A model generated the notes under the pieces. The model ran no database searches, was not told the DNA's origin, and saw nothing but the letters and a program-made list of their open reading frames with translations. Below, one piece after another: positions 1 through 10,073 of a stretch of 64,000 nt of DNA (the first letter of the stretch is position 1; every line of letters starts with the position of its first letter). The position numbers and the translations under genes are program-made. The DNA comes from Oscillospiraceae bacterium (GTDB lineage Bacteria; Bacillota; Clostridia; Oscillospirales; CAG-272): positions 8,718 through 72,717 of the forward strand of contig SVTQ01000006.1 of NCBI GenBank assembly GCA_015063695.1, written 5' to 3'.

Positions 1-194
1 GGAGGAGCGGGAGAATCGCAGGCAACTCTCGCTTTTTTGCCCATAAGCTCGAAAATCCGTTTGAGGGCAAAGGAGGATCCCACTGCATCCCCGTCGGGAT
101 TTCTGTGACATATTATAAGTGCGCTTTCGGCATCGGAGATGGTCTTTGCAACCGCCTGTGCCGTAAGACGGGTAAATGTTGCAGTGTCGCTCAT
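1..194 (-). CDS. nrnA: DHH-family phosphoesterase (NrnA-like oligoribonuclease/pAp phosphatase), N-terminal fragment running off the window
   Basis: Hand translation from ATG 194-192 (ATGA overlap with the rbfA stop): MSDTATFTRLTAQAVAKTISDAESALIICHRNPDGDAVGSSFALKRIFELMGKKARVACDSPAP. HxxPDGDAxGS matches DHH motifs I/II. The rbfA-nrnA order is typical of Firmicutes. Confidence 0.7.
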   Translation of the reverse strand, partial: MSDTATFTRLTAQAVAKTISDAESALIICHRNPDGDAVGSSFALKRIFELMGKKARVACDSPAP

Positions 195-559
195 TCTTCG
201 GATACCTCGTCTTCTTTGTCGGAGAAGGTGAGACCGCTCAGTATCTCCGCGATCTTTATTCCGTGCTCAACGGAGCTGTCGTAAACGAAGCTTATTTCGG
301 GAGTTGCGCGGAGATTAAGTCTCTTTGCAAGCTGACCTCTCACAAAGCCTGCGGCGCGCTTCAGGCCCTTGGCAAGCTCTTTGTCCTCGCCCGTTATGCA
401 GGAATAGTAGATCTTTGCGTACTTTAGGTCGGGGGTCACGTCAGCGGCGGTTATTGTGATCATTGCACCGGATACTGCGTGGTCCTTAACTTCTCTGATT
501 ATCTGAGATATCTCCTTTACAACGGAGTCGTTTATTCTGTCCTGTCTGTATTTTGCCAT
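191..559 (-). CDS. rbfA: ribosome-binding factor A
   Basis: 122 aa, MAKYRQDRINDSVVKEISQIIREVKD...ITITAADVTPDLKYAKIYYS...RATPEISFVYD. Size and motif pattern are typical of RbfA. Confidence 0.9.
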   Translation of the reverse strand: MAKYRQDRINDSVVKEISQIIREVKDHAVSGAMITITAADVTPDLKYAKIYYSCITGEDKELAKGLKRAAGFVRGQLAKRLNLRATPEISFVYDSSVEHGIKIAEILSGLTFSDKEDEVSEE

Positions 560-939
560 TGTGAGTTAACCTTTCGATGTTTTTGTCCTTCGCATTTTTT
601 GATGCGGCGGATCTATGTGTCAGCCTTCCGACTGTTGCTTTTTTCAGTGCGCCGAGGGGCTTGAGATGATTTCAAAACCTGCGGCAAAAGGTAGTTTTTG
701 ATGAGTTTTTATGGAAGACCATACCAACTCATCCTACAGTATAACACAGTTTTTCGAAAAAATAAATACTTAATATAAAAAATAAATTGAACTTTTAATA
801 TTATTGTGTTATACTTATCATGTACAACTGTACCTAAAATCAAAACAGTAAGGCAAAAAAGCATTTTTGAGAGCGAAAAGATCACGAAATGCTGCCTTTT
901 CAGAACATACGAAATATATCGGAACGCAGGTGAAAATAC

Positions 940-2070
940 ATGATAAAAATTCTTCATACAGGGGATATACATCTCGACAGTCCCTTCTCAAGACTTGATA
1001 CGGCGCGCGCAGAGATAAGAAGAAATGAGCTTCGCGCGGCATTTACCTCAATGATGACTTACGTGAGGGTAAACCACATCGATATTCTCCTTATCGCAGG
1101 TGACCTTTTCGACAGCGACTTTGTCACCCGTGAGACAATAGGTATCATCCTTCGTGAGTTCGAAAGATGTCAGGCAGAGGTGTTTATTGCCGCAGGCAAC
1201 CATGACCCCATCACTCCCGACTCGGTCTATGCGAAAGAGGGGATATTCCCCGAAAACGTACATATTTTCAAAAGCGACGAGCTTGAAAAGTTCTCTCTTG
1301 ACGAGCTTGGCGTTGACGTTTACGGATATAGCTTTACCTCCGACAGAATGTACCATACTCCCTTCGAGGGAAAACACGTTGAGGATGAAGACCGTTTTAA
1401 TATTCTTCTTGCTCACGGCGATACAAGAAGTTCCTCTTCCGTATACTGTCCCGTAACGGAGAGCCTTATCTGCGACTTCGGCGCAGATTACACAGCTCTC
1501 GGACATATCCATAATGCCGCTCCCATAAAGGAAAAAGACGGATGCGTGTACGGTTATTGCGGATGCCTTGAGGGCAGGGATTTCGGCGAGACCGGAGTCA
1601 AGGGAGCAGTGCTTATCGAAGCCGATAAAAGCGATGGAAAAACAGGACTCAGCGTAAAGAAGATACGCTTTTCAAGAAGACGTTACGAGTGCGAAAACCT
1701 TGACGTTGAAGGCGCTGAAACTCAGTCTGAGATCGCGGAAAAAATAAGACAGTTCATATCCGACAGAGGATACGGAGAAGAGACGCTTCTCTCTCTTACT
1801 CTGAAGGGCAGAGTTTCCGCATCCCTTGTTATAAACACGGATATTCTCGCATCACAGATCGAAGGACTTTTCTTCTTCGAGCTTTCCGACGGAACGGTGC
1901 CCGGTGAAGACGCGTCGGAGCTTGAAGGGGATATAACCATAAAAGGACAGTTTTACAGAGAGCTTCTTCCCATGCTTGAAAGTGAAAACGAGGAAGAAAA
2001 ACAGATAGCTCAGGCGGCACTGCGTTACGGTCTCTCCGCACTTGACGGAGAAAACGTGGTGGATTTTTAA
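940..2070 (+). CDS. Mre11/SbcD-like metallophosphoesterase DNA repair exonuclease (YhaO-like)
   Basis: N-terminal ILHTGDIHLDSPF, then IAGDLFD, AAGNHD, LLAHGD and GHIH. This is the calcineurin-like phosphoesterase motif set. The gene lies immediately upstream of an SMC/ABC-type ATPase. Confidence 0.8.
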   Translation: MIKILHTGDIHLDSPFSRLDTARAEIRRNELRAAFTSMMTYVRVNHIDILLIAGDLFDSDFVTRETIGIILREFERCQAEVFIAAGNHDPITPDSVYAKEGIFPENVHIFKSDELEKFSLDELGVDVYGYSFTSDRMYHTPFEGKHVEDEDRFNILLAHGDTRSSSSVYCPVTESLICDFGADYTALGHIHNAAPIKEKDGCVYGYCGCLEGRDFGETGVKGAVLIEADKSDGKTGLSVKKIRFSRRRYECENLDVEGAETQSEIAEKIRQFISDRGYGEETLLSLTLKGRVSASLVINTDILASQIEGLFFFELSDGTVPGEDASELEGDITIKGQFYRELLPMLESENEEEKQIAQAALRYGLSALDGENVVDF

Positions 2071-2093
2071 CAGAATGAAGGGAGGATTTAAAG

Positions 2094-4370
2094 TTGATTA
2101 TTGAAAGAATACATATAAAATCTTTTGGCACACTTATAAACCGCACCTTCGAGCCTTCCGGAGGGCTCACCGTTTTCGAAGGAGAAAACGAGAGCGGTAA
2201 AAGTACCGTTGCCATGTTCATAAAATTCATGCTCTACGGACTTTCCGCAAAGGCTCCCGCAGGAAGCGCGGTGTCCGAAAGAGTAAAATATATCTCCTGG
2301 AGCACAGGCGTTGCGGCAGGGGATATGACCTTCGTTTCGGGCGGTGCAAGATACCGTATCGAAAGAACCCTCACTCAGTCTGTCAGCGCATCGGGCAGAG
2401 AGCAGTTCAGCGAGCTTGTTAAGGTTTTTGAAGATGAAAGCGGAGAAGCATTGAAGCTTTCCTCAAATCCCGGAGAGCATTTCTTCGGCGTTTCCGAAAA
2501 GGTGTTCATGCAGAGTGCCTTTGTGAAGGGTGTTGACAGCGCGAAGGTGGATGGCTCCACTCTTAAGGTGGCTCTCGAAAACCTTCTTACGTCGGGTGTC
2601 GGCGAGATAAATACCAAAAAAGCTCTTGAAAAACTGGACAGCGCGAGAAAACTTCTCAAGCATAAAAACGGTCTCGGCGGAAAGATAGTAGAGCTTTCTG
2701 CAGAAAGAAAGGAGCTCACGGAGCTTCTTGAAAAAAGCCGTGACGTTTCAAAGGAGATAGTTGACCTTGAGGGCACTCTTGCGGACGTCAGTGTAAAGGC
2801 GGCAAGACGAGAAGAAGAAGCGGCTGAGCTCTCCGCTCTTTGTAAGGCTTACGAGGCGGTGAGAATAGGCAAGCGTGTCAAGGATATAGAAAGATGCGAG
2901 GATAATATTGCCTTCCTCAAAAAAGAACTTGAAACCCTCGACCCTTCCGTTGACAGAATGCTTCTTGCAAAGGTCGACCTTTGCGAAACAACAGTGCGTG
3001 AAACGGAAAAGGATATAGCAACCCTTAACGAGAAAAAAGGACAGCTGGAGCTTAAGTGCGAAGGGCGTGACCTTACGGAGCCCGAAGACGAGGCAACAGT
3101 GATGAAAAGGGCGAGAAAGCTGAAGGGAAACAGCTTCTTCTGGCTTTCTGCCGCGTGCTCCTTCTTTGCGGTTTCCGTCGTGGTGGGAGCGGCATTCCTT
3201 ATCTTCGGCAGAGTTCTTCTCTCGGTGATGGGTAAATGGTTTGTTCCTGCGGTGGTATTTATGGGTCTTTTCCTTGCTGCGGCAATCGCAGGAGTATTCC
3301 TTTACAGAAGCAAGAACAAAGCTTATAATGATTTCCTTAATGAATGGGAAGCTGACGATATCTACACTCTCGAGAATGCTGTAATCGCAAAAAGAGAGAG
3401 ATTTCGTTATACAAAGAAGCTCCTTGAGGGTATACAGAGAATTGATACCGTCCTTGACGAAGCCGTTGCAAAGCATGACAAGGAAATAGACAACGGTGTG
3501 GCATACGGTGCCATCTTCGGAATAGAGAATAAGGATAATATTTTCGATACCCTCGCCATGGTACGCTCTGCTGCAGAAGACGTGTGCGTAAGACGCGACA
3601 CCATGAGCGCAAAGCTTGAAAGCGAAAAGGGTAAGCTCTCCGCCCTTCTTGAAGAAGTAAGTGAGGAGGAGAGAGCAGGGGCAAAGGACCGTGAAAGAGA
3701 AGCTCTTGAGTCCCTTGACCGCGAAAAGATACTTGAAATGACAAAGGAACAGTATGCCGAAGCTCAGAGAGAGCTGAATTTTGCCGCAAGTCAGGCAAGG
3801 GCTCTCCGAGTAAGAGAAGCGGATGTGGATAAACGTCTTGCGGCACTGCGCGCGGCAGGTGAGTCCCCCGCGGAGCTTGCAGGCAGAGTTTCCTGTATAG
3901 ATGCAAAGATAGCGGAGCTGAATTTCAGATATAAGGCTCTGGTGACCGCATACAATGCCCTTGAAGCGGCAGGAGAAAAAATGAGAGGCGATGTTATTCC
4001 CGAAATTGCGGAGAAGGCATCCCGTATCATGAAGAACGTTACCCTTGGTAAATATGAAGCTCTCACGTCGGGAGAAGATCTTGATCTGTCCTTCAATTCT
4101 TCGGGAGAAAAGAGAACTGTTGAATTTCTCTCCGAAGGAACAAAGGACGCGGCATATATCAGCCTGCGTATCGCCCTTGTGCAGACTATGTTCGGCGATG
4201 ATCTGCCGCCCATGATATTTGACGACTCTTTTGCCCGTCTTGACAAAGCAAGACTTTCGGGCATCATGTCAATTCTTTCTTCCGATAAGGTACCTCAGGC
4301 ACTGGTGTTTACCTGCCGTGACCTTGAGAAGAACGCGGCAGCGGATAAAGCAAAAATTATTGAAATGTAA
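2094..4370 (+). CDS. SbcC/YhaN-like AAA ATPase with coiled-coil and two central transmembrane helices
   Basis: TTG start after GGGAGGA. Walker A is GENESGKST, with a signature-like LSEGTKDAAYISL and Walker B PPMIFDDSFARLD. The middle is long and Glu/Lys/Leu-rich. Two hydrophobic stretches (FFWLSAACSFFAVSVVVGAAFLIF and WFVPAVVFMGLFLAAAIAGVFLY) map to about nt 3130-3295. Confidence 0.75.
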   Translation: MIIERIHIKSFGTLINRTFEPSGGLTVFEGENESGKSTVAMFIKFMLYGLSAKAPAGSAVSERVKYISWSTGVAAGDMTFVSGGARYRIERTLTQSVSASGREQFSELVKVFEDESGEALKLSSNPGEHFFGVSEKVFMQSAFVKGVDSAKVDGSTLKVALENLLTSGVGEINTKKALEKLDSARKLLKHKNGLGGKIVELSAERKELTELLEKSRDVSKEIVDLEGTLADVSVKAARREEEAAELSALCKAYEAVRIGKRVKDIERCEDNIAFLKKELETLDPSVDRMLLAKVDLCETTVRETEKDIATLNEKKGQLELKCEGRDLTEPEDEATVMKRARKLKGNSFFWLSAACSFFAVSVVVGAAFLIFGRVLLSVMGKWFVPAVVFMGLFLAAAIAGVFLYRSKNKAYNDFLNEWEADDIYTLENAVIAKRERFRYTKKLLEGIQRIDTVLDEAVAKHDKEIDNGVAYGAIFGIENKDNIFDTLAMVRSAAEDVCVRRDTMSAKLESEKGKLSALLEEVSEEERAGAKDREREALESLDREKILEMTKEQYAEAQRELNFAASQARALRVREADVDKRLAALRAAGESPAELAGRVSCIDAKIAELNFRYKALVTAYNALEAAGEKMRGDVIPEIAEKASRIMKNVTLGKYEALTSGEDLDLSFNSSGEKRTVEFLSEGTKDAAYISLRIALVQTMFGDDLPPMIFDDSFARLDKARLSGIMSILSSDKVPQALVFTCRDLEKNAAADKAKIIEM

Positions 4371-4509
4371 AGATGTGAATATTTGATGTTTTTCATCGAA
4401 AACACCCGTTAAAGTGAATTGTATTACGGGTGAAAAGAAACGGCTTGTGTGTTTTCACCAAGCGGATGAAAACAATCAAACTAAAGAGAATTACATCGGG
4501 AGTCTAAAA

Positions 4510-5880
4510 ATGTTTGACAGAGAATATTTGAAGAGGGTGGGCTTTGCGGTTGCAGGTGCAATCCTCGGTATAGCCGTCGCCTTTTATATCGGATATCACA
4601 TATGGCATAAGGTAACCTCCTTTGTTGAATTTGAACCTGCAATTCCCCATACCGTAACTGTAACGAGTGAGGGCGAGGGGTACATTTTCAGAGATGAAAC
4701 AGTGCTTTCGACGGAGGAAACGGGAAGCTTTATTCCTACCCTCAGTGATGGTGAGCGAGTCGGCTCTTTCGCTGAAGTTGCGAGAATATATTCGGGCACA
4801 AGCGCGGAAACGGGAACCAGAATAGACGAGATAAACGCTCAGCTTGAAGTGCTTTCCTCGGTCGTTTATGCGGATAATCTTACCACAAAAGACGTGACCA
4901 AGCTTGACGGAGATATATACGCTTTGATGGCTGAGATCAGCAGATGTGTTTCAAACGGAAAGTACGGAGAAGCATCGGCAAGACGCTCGGAGCTTTTAAC
5001 GCTTATCAATAAGCGCACCGCGGCATCGGGTGAGACCCACGATTTCAGAGATCAGATAGATGCACTTCAAAAAGAAAAGGCGGAGCTTTCCGCAAAATTC
5101 GGAACCTTGAAGCAAACGGTGTATGCTCCCGTTTCGGGATGGTATTACAGTAAGGTGGACGGTTGCGAAAACATCTTTACCTCGAAAAATATTGAAACAC
5201 TTACCTACGAAAGCTTCAAGGAATATACTCGTACAGTTCCCGAAGCAGTTACAAACAGCGCAGGTAAGATAGTTACCGATTGCCGTTGGTATTTTGTGTG
5301 TGAAATGACAAAGGACAAGCTGAAGGAAAAAGCGGAGGGTGCTTATTATACTCTCTATTTCCCCTATAACGGCGGAGAAAAGCTGACCATGAAGCTCCAC
5401 AGCGTAAGTCTCGGTGAGGACGGCATGGGAATTGCGGTGTTCACTACCGATAAATGTCCCGTTGGCTTTGATTTTGCAAGAGTTCAGAGCTATGAGATTC
5501 TCGAAGAGGAATACACCGGCTTCAAGGTTCCTCAGAGTGCCGTCAGAATCGTTGACGGACAGATGGGTGTGTACGTGCTGACGGGAGAAATAGTTCATTT
5601 CAGAAGAATTGAAGTTATTCATCAGCACGAGAATTATTACCTCGTTACAATGAGCCATAAGGAGCCCGAACCTGAGGAGACCGAAGCGGAAACTACCGCC
5701 GAAGAAGGAGCCGCAACGGAAGCTCCCGAGGAAACGACGGTCCCCCTTGAAACAGAAACGGATACGTCAGAGGAGACAGCGGAGCCTGAAAAGTATTATT
5801 CCTGGCTTGAGCTCAATGAGAATATCATCACAAGCGGTAAGGGACTTCGCGACGGAAGAATTATTACAAATCTCAACTGA
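4510..5880 (+). CDS. membrane-anchored HlyD/membrane-fusion-like protein with acidic C-terminal tail
   Basis: Start moved to ATG 4510, preceded by GGGAG. N-terminal TM is VGFAVAGAILGIAVAFYIGY. A coiled-coil segment is followed by a beta-rich domain. The tail is Glu/Thr/Pro-rich. Family assignment is by general resemblance only. Confidence 0.45.
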   Translation: MFDREYLKRVGFAVAGAILGIAVAFYIGYHIWHKVTSFVEFEPAIPHTVTVTSEGEGYIFRDETVLSTEETGSFIPTLSDGERVGSFAEVARIYSGTSAETGTRIDEINAQLEVLSSVVYADNLTTKDVTKLDGDIYALMAEISRCVSNGKYGEASARRSELLTLINKRTAASGETHDFRDQIDALQKEKAELSAKFGTLKQTVYAPVSGWYYSKVDGCENIFTSKNIETLTYESFKEYTRTVPEAVTNSAGKIVTDCRWYFVCEMTKDKLKEKAEGAYYTLYFPYNGGEKLTMKLHSVSLGEDGMGIAVFTTDKCPVGFDFARVQSYEILEEEYTGFKVPQSAVRIVDGQMGVYVLTGEIVHFRRIEVIHQHENYYLVTMSHKEPEPEETEAETTAEEGAATEAPEETTVPLETETDTSEETAEPEKYYSWLELNENIITSGKGLRDGRIITNLN

Positions 5881-5921
5881 CGGAAAAATACAACACAGAA
5901 CGAAAGGAAGGACAGAAAACC

Positions 5922-6644
5922 GTGGAACAAGAAAGAGCCTTGCTTATCGAAAACAATATCAAAGAAATCGTGGAGAGAGTTGAGGCGGCAAAGGCGGCAA
6001 GACCCATGGGCGGAGACGTAAAAATACTTCTTGCCACAAAAACGGTTTGCCCCGAGGATATACTCTATGCCGCCGAAAGAACGGGCGGTGTTATCGGGGA
6101 AAACCGCGTGCCCGAGCTCCTTTCAAAATACGAAGAAATAAAGGACGTTGGCGAGGTCCATTTTATAGGACACCTGCAGACCAATAAGGTAAAGAGCGTG
6201 GTGGGTAAAGTAGACCTTATCGAGAGCCTTGACAGCCTTCGTCTTGCGGCAGAGATAGACCGCGTTTCGGGAAATCTCGGAATAGTGTCGGACGTACTTG
6301 TGGAAATAAACATCGGAGAAGAGGAGGCAAAGGGCGGAATTATGCCGTCCGAAGCCGAAGATTTCTTTGAAAAGATCTCGGTGTTTAAAAACATAAGACC
6401 CGTGGGAATAATGACTATGGCACCCAAATGCGAGGAAAAATCAGAGTACAGAAGATATTTTAGGAAAACTTATGAGATATTCCTTGACATTTCAAAAAAA
6501 TATCTTTATAATATAATAGAGCCTGTATTATCAATGGGCATGAGCGACAGTTACGAGGAAGCGATTCTTGAAGGCGCAAATCTCATAAGAGTGGGAAGCG
6601 CGGTTTTCGGACAGCGCACTTACGTAACAAGCGAAAGTAAATAA
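5922..6644 (+). CDS. yggS: YggS/YlmE-family pyridoxal-phosphate homeostasis protein
   Basis: ILLATKTV...GENRVPEL...HFIGHLQTNKVK...MGMSDSYEEAILEGANLIRVGSAVFG. These are typical YggS motifs. The gene lies directly upstream of sepF. Confidence 0.9.
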   Translation: MEQERALLIENNIKEIVERVEAAKAARPMGGDVKILLATKTVCPEDILYAAERTGGVIGENRVPELLSKYEEIKDVGEVHFIGHLQTNKVKSVVGKVDLIESLDSLRLAAEIDRVSGNLGIVSDVLVEINIGEEEAKGGIMPSEAEDFFEKISVFKNIRPVGIMTMAPKCEEKSEYRRYFRKTYEIFLDISKKYLYNIIEPVLSMGMSDSYEEAILEGANLIRVGSAVFGQRTYVTSESK

Positions 6645-6681
6645 TAATAAAATTCTCATAAACAAGCTTGGAGGAATTGAA

Positions 6682-7221
6682 ATGGCAGCACTTGGATTTT
6701 TTGACGGTTTCAAAAAGAAACCCGCAACAGACGAACCCTATAACGACGGATACGACGATTACTACGGCGAATTCGATGCATACGAAGCAGATGCAGCAGA
6801 CGATATGGGCGCATCCGCAGGAGCATCTGCAGGCGCATCCGCAGGTATGGGTGCAATGGGAACAATGGGCGCAGGAATGGGCGGCATCAGCCTTTCCGGT
6901 TCTTCTATCGAAATGAAGGTTCTCAAACCCAAGTCTTTCGAAAACGTTCCCCAGATCGCAGACCATCTTCTCAACAAGAGAACTGTAGTTCTCAACCTTG
7001 AAGATGCAGATCCCGATACATCCCGACGCATCATCGACTTCCTTTTCGGAGTAGCTTACTCCATCAACGGAAGTCTTAAGAAAATAGCTACAAAAGCTTA
7101 TGTAGTAACTCCCAATAACGTGGACGTAGACGAGGCTAAGCTTACTTCCAAGAAGAAGAAACAGCCCGAACCCGAAGAGGAAGAAGAAACAACAACTTCC
7201 GCATTCGACGCTGACCTCTAA
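6682..7221 (+). CDS. sepF: cell division protein SepF
   Basis: MAALGFFDGFKKK N-terminus, a low-complexity GASAGASAG linker, and a C-terminal domain IEMKVLKPKSFENVPQIADHLLNKRTVVLNLEDAD...RIIDFLFGVAYSINGSLKKI. Confidence 0.9.
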   Translation: MAALGFFDGFKKKPATDEPYNDGYDDYYGEFDAYEADAADDMGASAGASAGASAGMGAMGTMGAGMGGISLSGSSIEMKVLKPKSFENVPQIADHLLNKRTVVLNLEDADPDTSRRIIDFLFGVAYSINGSLKKIATKAYVVTPNNVDVDEAKLTSKKKKQPEPEEEEETTTSAFDADL

Positions 7222-7314
7222 AAAACGCAAAGCCGCGAGCTATGCCTTCAGAAAGGGTGTAGCTCCGGCGTTTTTTTGTCGAAATTTGTTTTTACAGTTT
7301 TAAGGAGAAATGAA

Positions 7315-7611
7315 TTGACCTTTTTCATTTACGTTTTTTACCGTTTCTTTACAATAATATTTGAAATAGTAACGATCGCAATGCTCATAAGAGCTATAAC
7401 AAGCTGGTTCCCCGCGGTCAACCGCAATTCAAGATTTATGCAGCTTGTGTACGTTGTCACGGAGTTCTTCATAGCTCCCGTGAGAGCAGTCCTTTGGAAA
7501 ATTCCCTTCGTGAGAAGCTGTCCTCTGGACCTTTCCTTCCTTGCTACCTATATACTCTTGAACATGGCGCAGGGGCTTGTTTATTCCGCATGGATCGCAG
7601 TAGCATATTAA
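7315..7611 (+). CDS. yggT: YggT family membrane protein
   Basis: In-frame TTG at 7315, 6 nt after AAGGAGA. Hydrophobic, about 98 aa, with ...MLIRAITSWFP... typical of YggT. Sits between sepF and ylmH. Confidence 0.75.
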   Translation: MTFFIYVFYRFFTIIFEIVTIAMLIRAITSWFPAVNRNSRFMQLVYVVTEFFIAPVRAVLWKIPFVRSCPLDLSFLATYILLNMAQGLVYSAWIAVAY

Positions 7612-7652
7612 AATCGAAAAAATCTCATACTCTTTTATAAAAGGCAGAATAT

Positions 7653-8507
7653 ATGAGTTCAAAAGATAAATTCACAGTCCGTGACGAAGCGATGTTCAGA
7701 GGACATGTGTCCGACCTTGTGACCGCTTCCGAATACACGGTAAAAACAAGCGGCTTTCTCAGCCCTCTCGAGCAGAGAATAGCCTTTGATACCGCAAAAA
7801 GTCTCGGCGCAGAGCAGAGATGCTTTTTCTGGGGCGGAGCTCCCGAAGCGGAAAGAAGAATTCTTGTGATGATTCCCGATTGGATGACTCCCGAGGAGCC
7901 TGTTTTGTGCGGGTCATTTGATGAAGAAAGAGAGGATATCCTCCGTGATATCATTCTCTCGGGTGCCGACGGCGGTGATATAAGCGGTGCAGTGTGCGCA
8001 GTTGAAATATCCTCCGAGGGCTTTCGTGACCTTGAGCATAAGGACTATATGGGCGCAATTCTCGGTCTCGGTATAAAAAGAGAGCTTCTTGGCGATATCG
8101 TTACTTCCGAGGCGGCTCCTGCCATTGCTTTTCTTCTGAAAAGCGCAGTGCCCTTTGTGGAAGAAAACCTTGAAAAAGCAGGAAGGGAAGGCGTAAAGGT
8201 AGAAATAGCCGAGCTTCCCGAGGGATACAGAATTCCCAGAGAATTTGAAGTGATCAGCGATACGGTCATGTCGCTGAGACTTGACGGACTTGTAAAGTCA
8301 CTTTGCAAAGTATCCAGAGAAGATGCCGCATCCCTTGTGGAAAAGGGCGAGGTAACTCTCAATTATATAGTCGAAACAGAAAAAGACGCACCCGTTTCAA
8401 AGGGTGACGTTATCTCCGTGCGCGGCCACGGAAAGTTTATATACGATGGAGACCGCGGAGTAAATCGCCGCGGAAGAATTCGTTTTGACGCAAGAAAGTA
8501 TATCTGA
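7653..8507 (+). CDS. ylmH: YlmH-like RNA-binding (S4 domain) cell-division-associated protein
   Basis: 284 aa with a C-terminal S4-like segment RLDGLVKSLCKVSREDAASLVEKGEVTLNY. Conserved position between yggT and divIVA. Confidence 0.75.
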   Translation: MSSKDKFTVRDEAMFRGHVSDLVTASEYTVKTSGFLSPLEQRIAFDTAKSLGAEQRCFFWGGAPEAERRILVMIPDWMTPEEPVLCGSFDEEREDILRDIILSGADGGDISGAVCAVEISSEGFRDLEHKDYMGAILGLGIKRELLGDIVTSEAAPAIAFLLKSAVPFVEENLEKAGREGVKVEIAELPEGYRIPREFEVISDTVMSLRLDGLVKSLCKVSREDAASLVEKGEVTLNYIVETEKDAPVSKGDVISVRGHGKFIYDGDRGVNRRGRIRFDARKYI

Positions 8508-8594
8508 GAAAAAATTTCACCGCCTGAGGCAAGGCGGACCCATATAACTGTTTGCACTGCGCTGAGTTTTTCGCGGGCAAACCATGGAGGTATT

Positions 8595-10010
8595 ATGGAC
8601 GATAAAAAATTTGAGCTTGAGGAAAAAAACCTTGTTGAGTTTAAGACAACATTTAAAGGCTACAGTATTCCCGAAGTAAATGAATATATTGCGGCCCAGA
8701 GAGCCGAGCTTGAGGATATCCGTTCCGAAAACGCAGAGCTTTACAGAAAAATAGAGAAGCTTACCCGCCGTCTTGAAAAGCTGAAGACGGAAGAGGCAGA
8801 AAGAAACAAGCAGCTTGACAGCACCAGGGCTGAGGCTGACAGAATAATCAGAGAAGCAAAGAAAAAAGCGGCTCAGGAGCTTCTGCGCGCGGGAAGACAG
8901 CGCTCACGTATGGTTGCCGAAATGACCGAGCAGGTTGACGAGCAGAAACGTCTTTATCAAGCAACGAAGATAGAGGCGGCAAAATTCCGAAGCGCGCTCT
9001 TCGCTCTTTACAGAGACCATATCGAGCTTATCAACGCCATGTCTGAAGCATCGGGAGCTTTTGACGAGGACAGCACGTCGGGTATTACCGAAGAGGACCT
9101 TAAGAATATGGAAAAGCTTCTGGAAACAGAAGTGGAAGAATCTGAATACGAATCGGTGGATCAGTCTGCCTTTGCGCCTTCGGACGGACAGACACTTCTT
9201 GTTGAAGCTTTTTCCGATACCGCTTCCATAACTATCCCTCCGTCTTCAAGAGCAAAAGGCAAGAAGTCGGATAAAAAAGCGAAAAACGCAAAAATCGAGG
9301 AATTCGTAAAGGATTTTGAGAAGGAAGCCCTTGAAGAATCTGTTCCCGTTGAAGATTTTTTTAAGTCCGACCTTGAAAACGTCGAAGCTGAAGAAGCTCC
9401 CTCCGAATTCGCAGAAACTTTTGAAGAAGAGACAGCGGTATCTGAAGCTTTCGACAGTGACGCTGAGGGAGAGCTCTATACGGAAGCAACCTTTGATGAC
9501 GAGGACGAGCTTTTAGAAGAAAGTGCGGATGCGCTAAATGCAGACCCTGCCTTCGTTATCACCGAGGAAGATCTTGACGAGTTTACAAATCCGGACGGCA
9601 GAGAAATGGAATATGACAGTCCCGTGTCCGTTGACAGCGTGTTCAGAAAGAGCGCTTATGATGACAGGGATTTCGAAAAGCTTTACGGCGAGACACCAAC
9701 CGAAGCGGAAGAACCCGAGGTGCCCGCAGAACCGGAAGCTTTCGAAGAAGAAGTAAAGCCCAGAACTAAAAACGGCTACGGATTTAAGGTGAACATGGAA
9801 AAGAGAGTCGATCCCGAGGACGACAGTAACGAATTTTATATGGAAAACGATGCTGAATTTGACCCTGCCGCAACGGACGGAGTACCTACGGGAACGGTAG
9901 GAGCCTTCGGTGTCACTTCCAAAGCGCCTTCAACGGAGCGCCGTTGGAGAGTTAAAAAGAGTAAAAGCCTGACTGACGAATTTGACGTAATAAAGGCTGA
10001 AGAGGAATAA
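8595..10010 (+). CDS. divIVA: DivIVA domain protein with long acidic C-terminal extension
   Basis: N-terminal FKTTFKGYSIPEVNEYI followed by coiled coil (the DivIVA signature). About 300 aa of Glu/Asp-rich tail follows. Confidence 0.8.
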   Translation: MDDKKFELEEKNLVEFKTTFKGYSIPEVNEYIAAQRAELEDIRSENAELYRKIEKLTRRLEKLKTEEAERNKQLDSTRAEADRIIREAKKKAAQELLRAGRQRSRMVAEMTEQVDEQKRLYQATKIEAAKFRSALFALYRDHIELINAMSEASGAFDEDSTSGITEEDLKNMEKLLETEVEESEYESVDQSAFAPSDGQTLLVEAFSDTASITIPPSSRAKGKKSDKKAKNAKIEEFVKDFEKEALEESVPVEDFFKSDLENVEAEEAPSEFAETFEEETAVSEAFDSDAEGELYTEATFDDEDELLEESADALNADPAFVITEEDLDEFTNPDGREMEYDSPVSVDSVFRKSAYDDRDFEKLYGETPTEAEEPEVPAEPEAFEEEVKPRTKNGYGFKVNMEKRVDPEDDSNEFYMENDAEFDPAATDGVPTGTVGAFGVTSKAPSTERRWRVKKSKSLTDEFDVIKAEEE

Positions 10011-10073
10011 TTGATGGCTGAAAAAATAAAAGCGCTGAAGAAAAAACTTCTCGCTAAAACAAAAGTAAAGACC

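Noticed and set aside
6790-6900. GASAGASAGASAG-coding 12-bp tandem repeats inside sepF as a possible phase-variable tract
   Set aside because: The tract is in frame and short, and it lies in the known low-complexity linker of SepF. There is no evidence of slippage-prone homopolymers.
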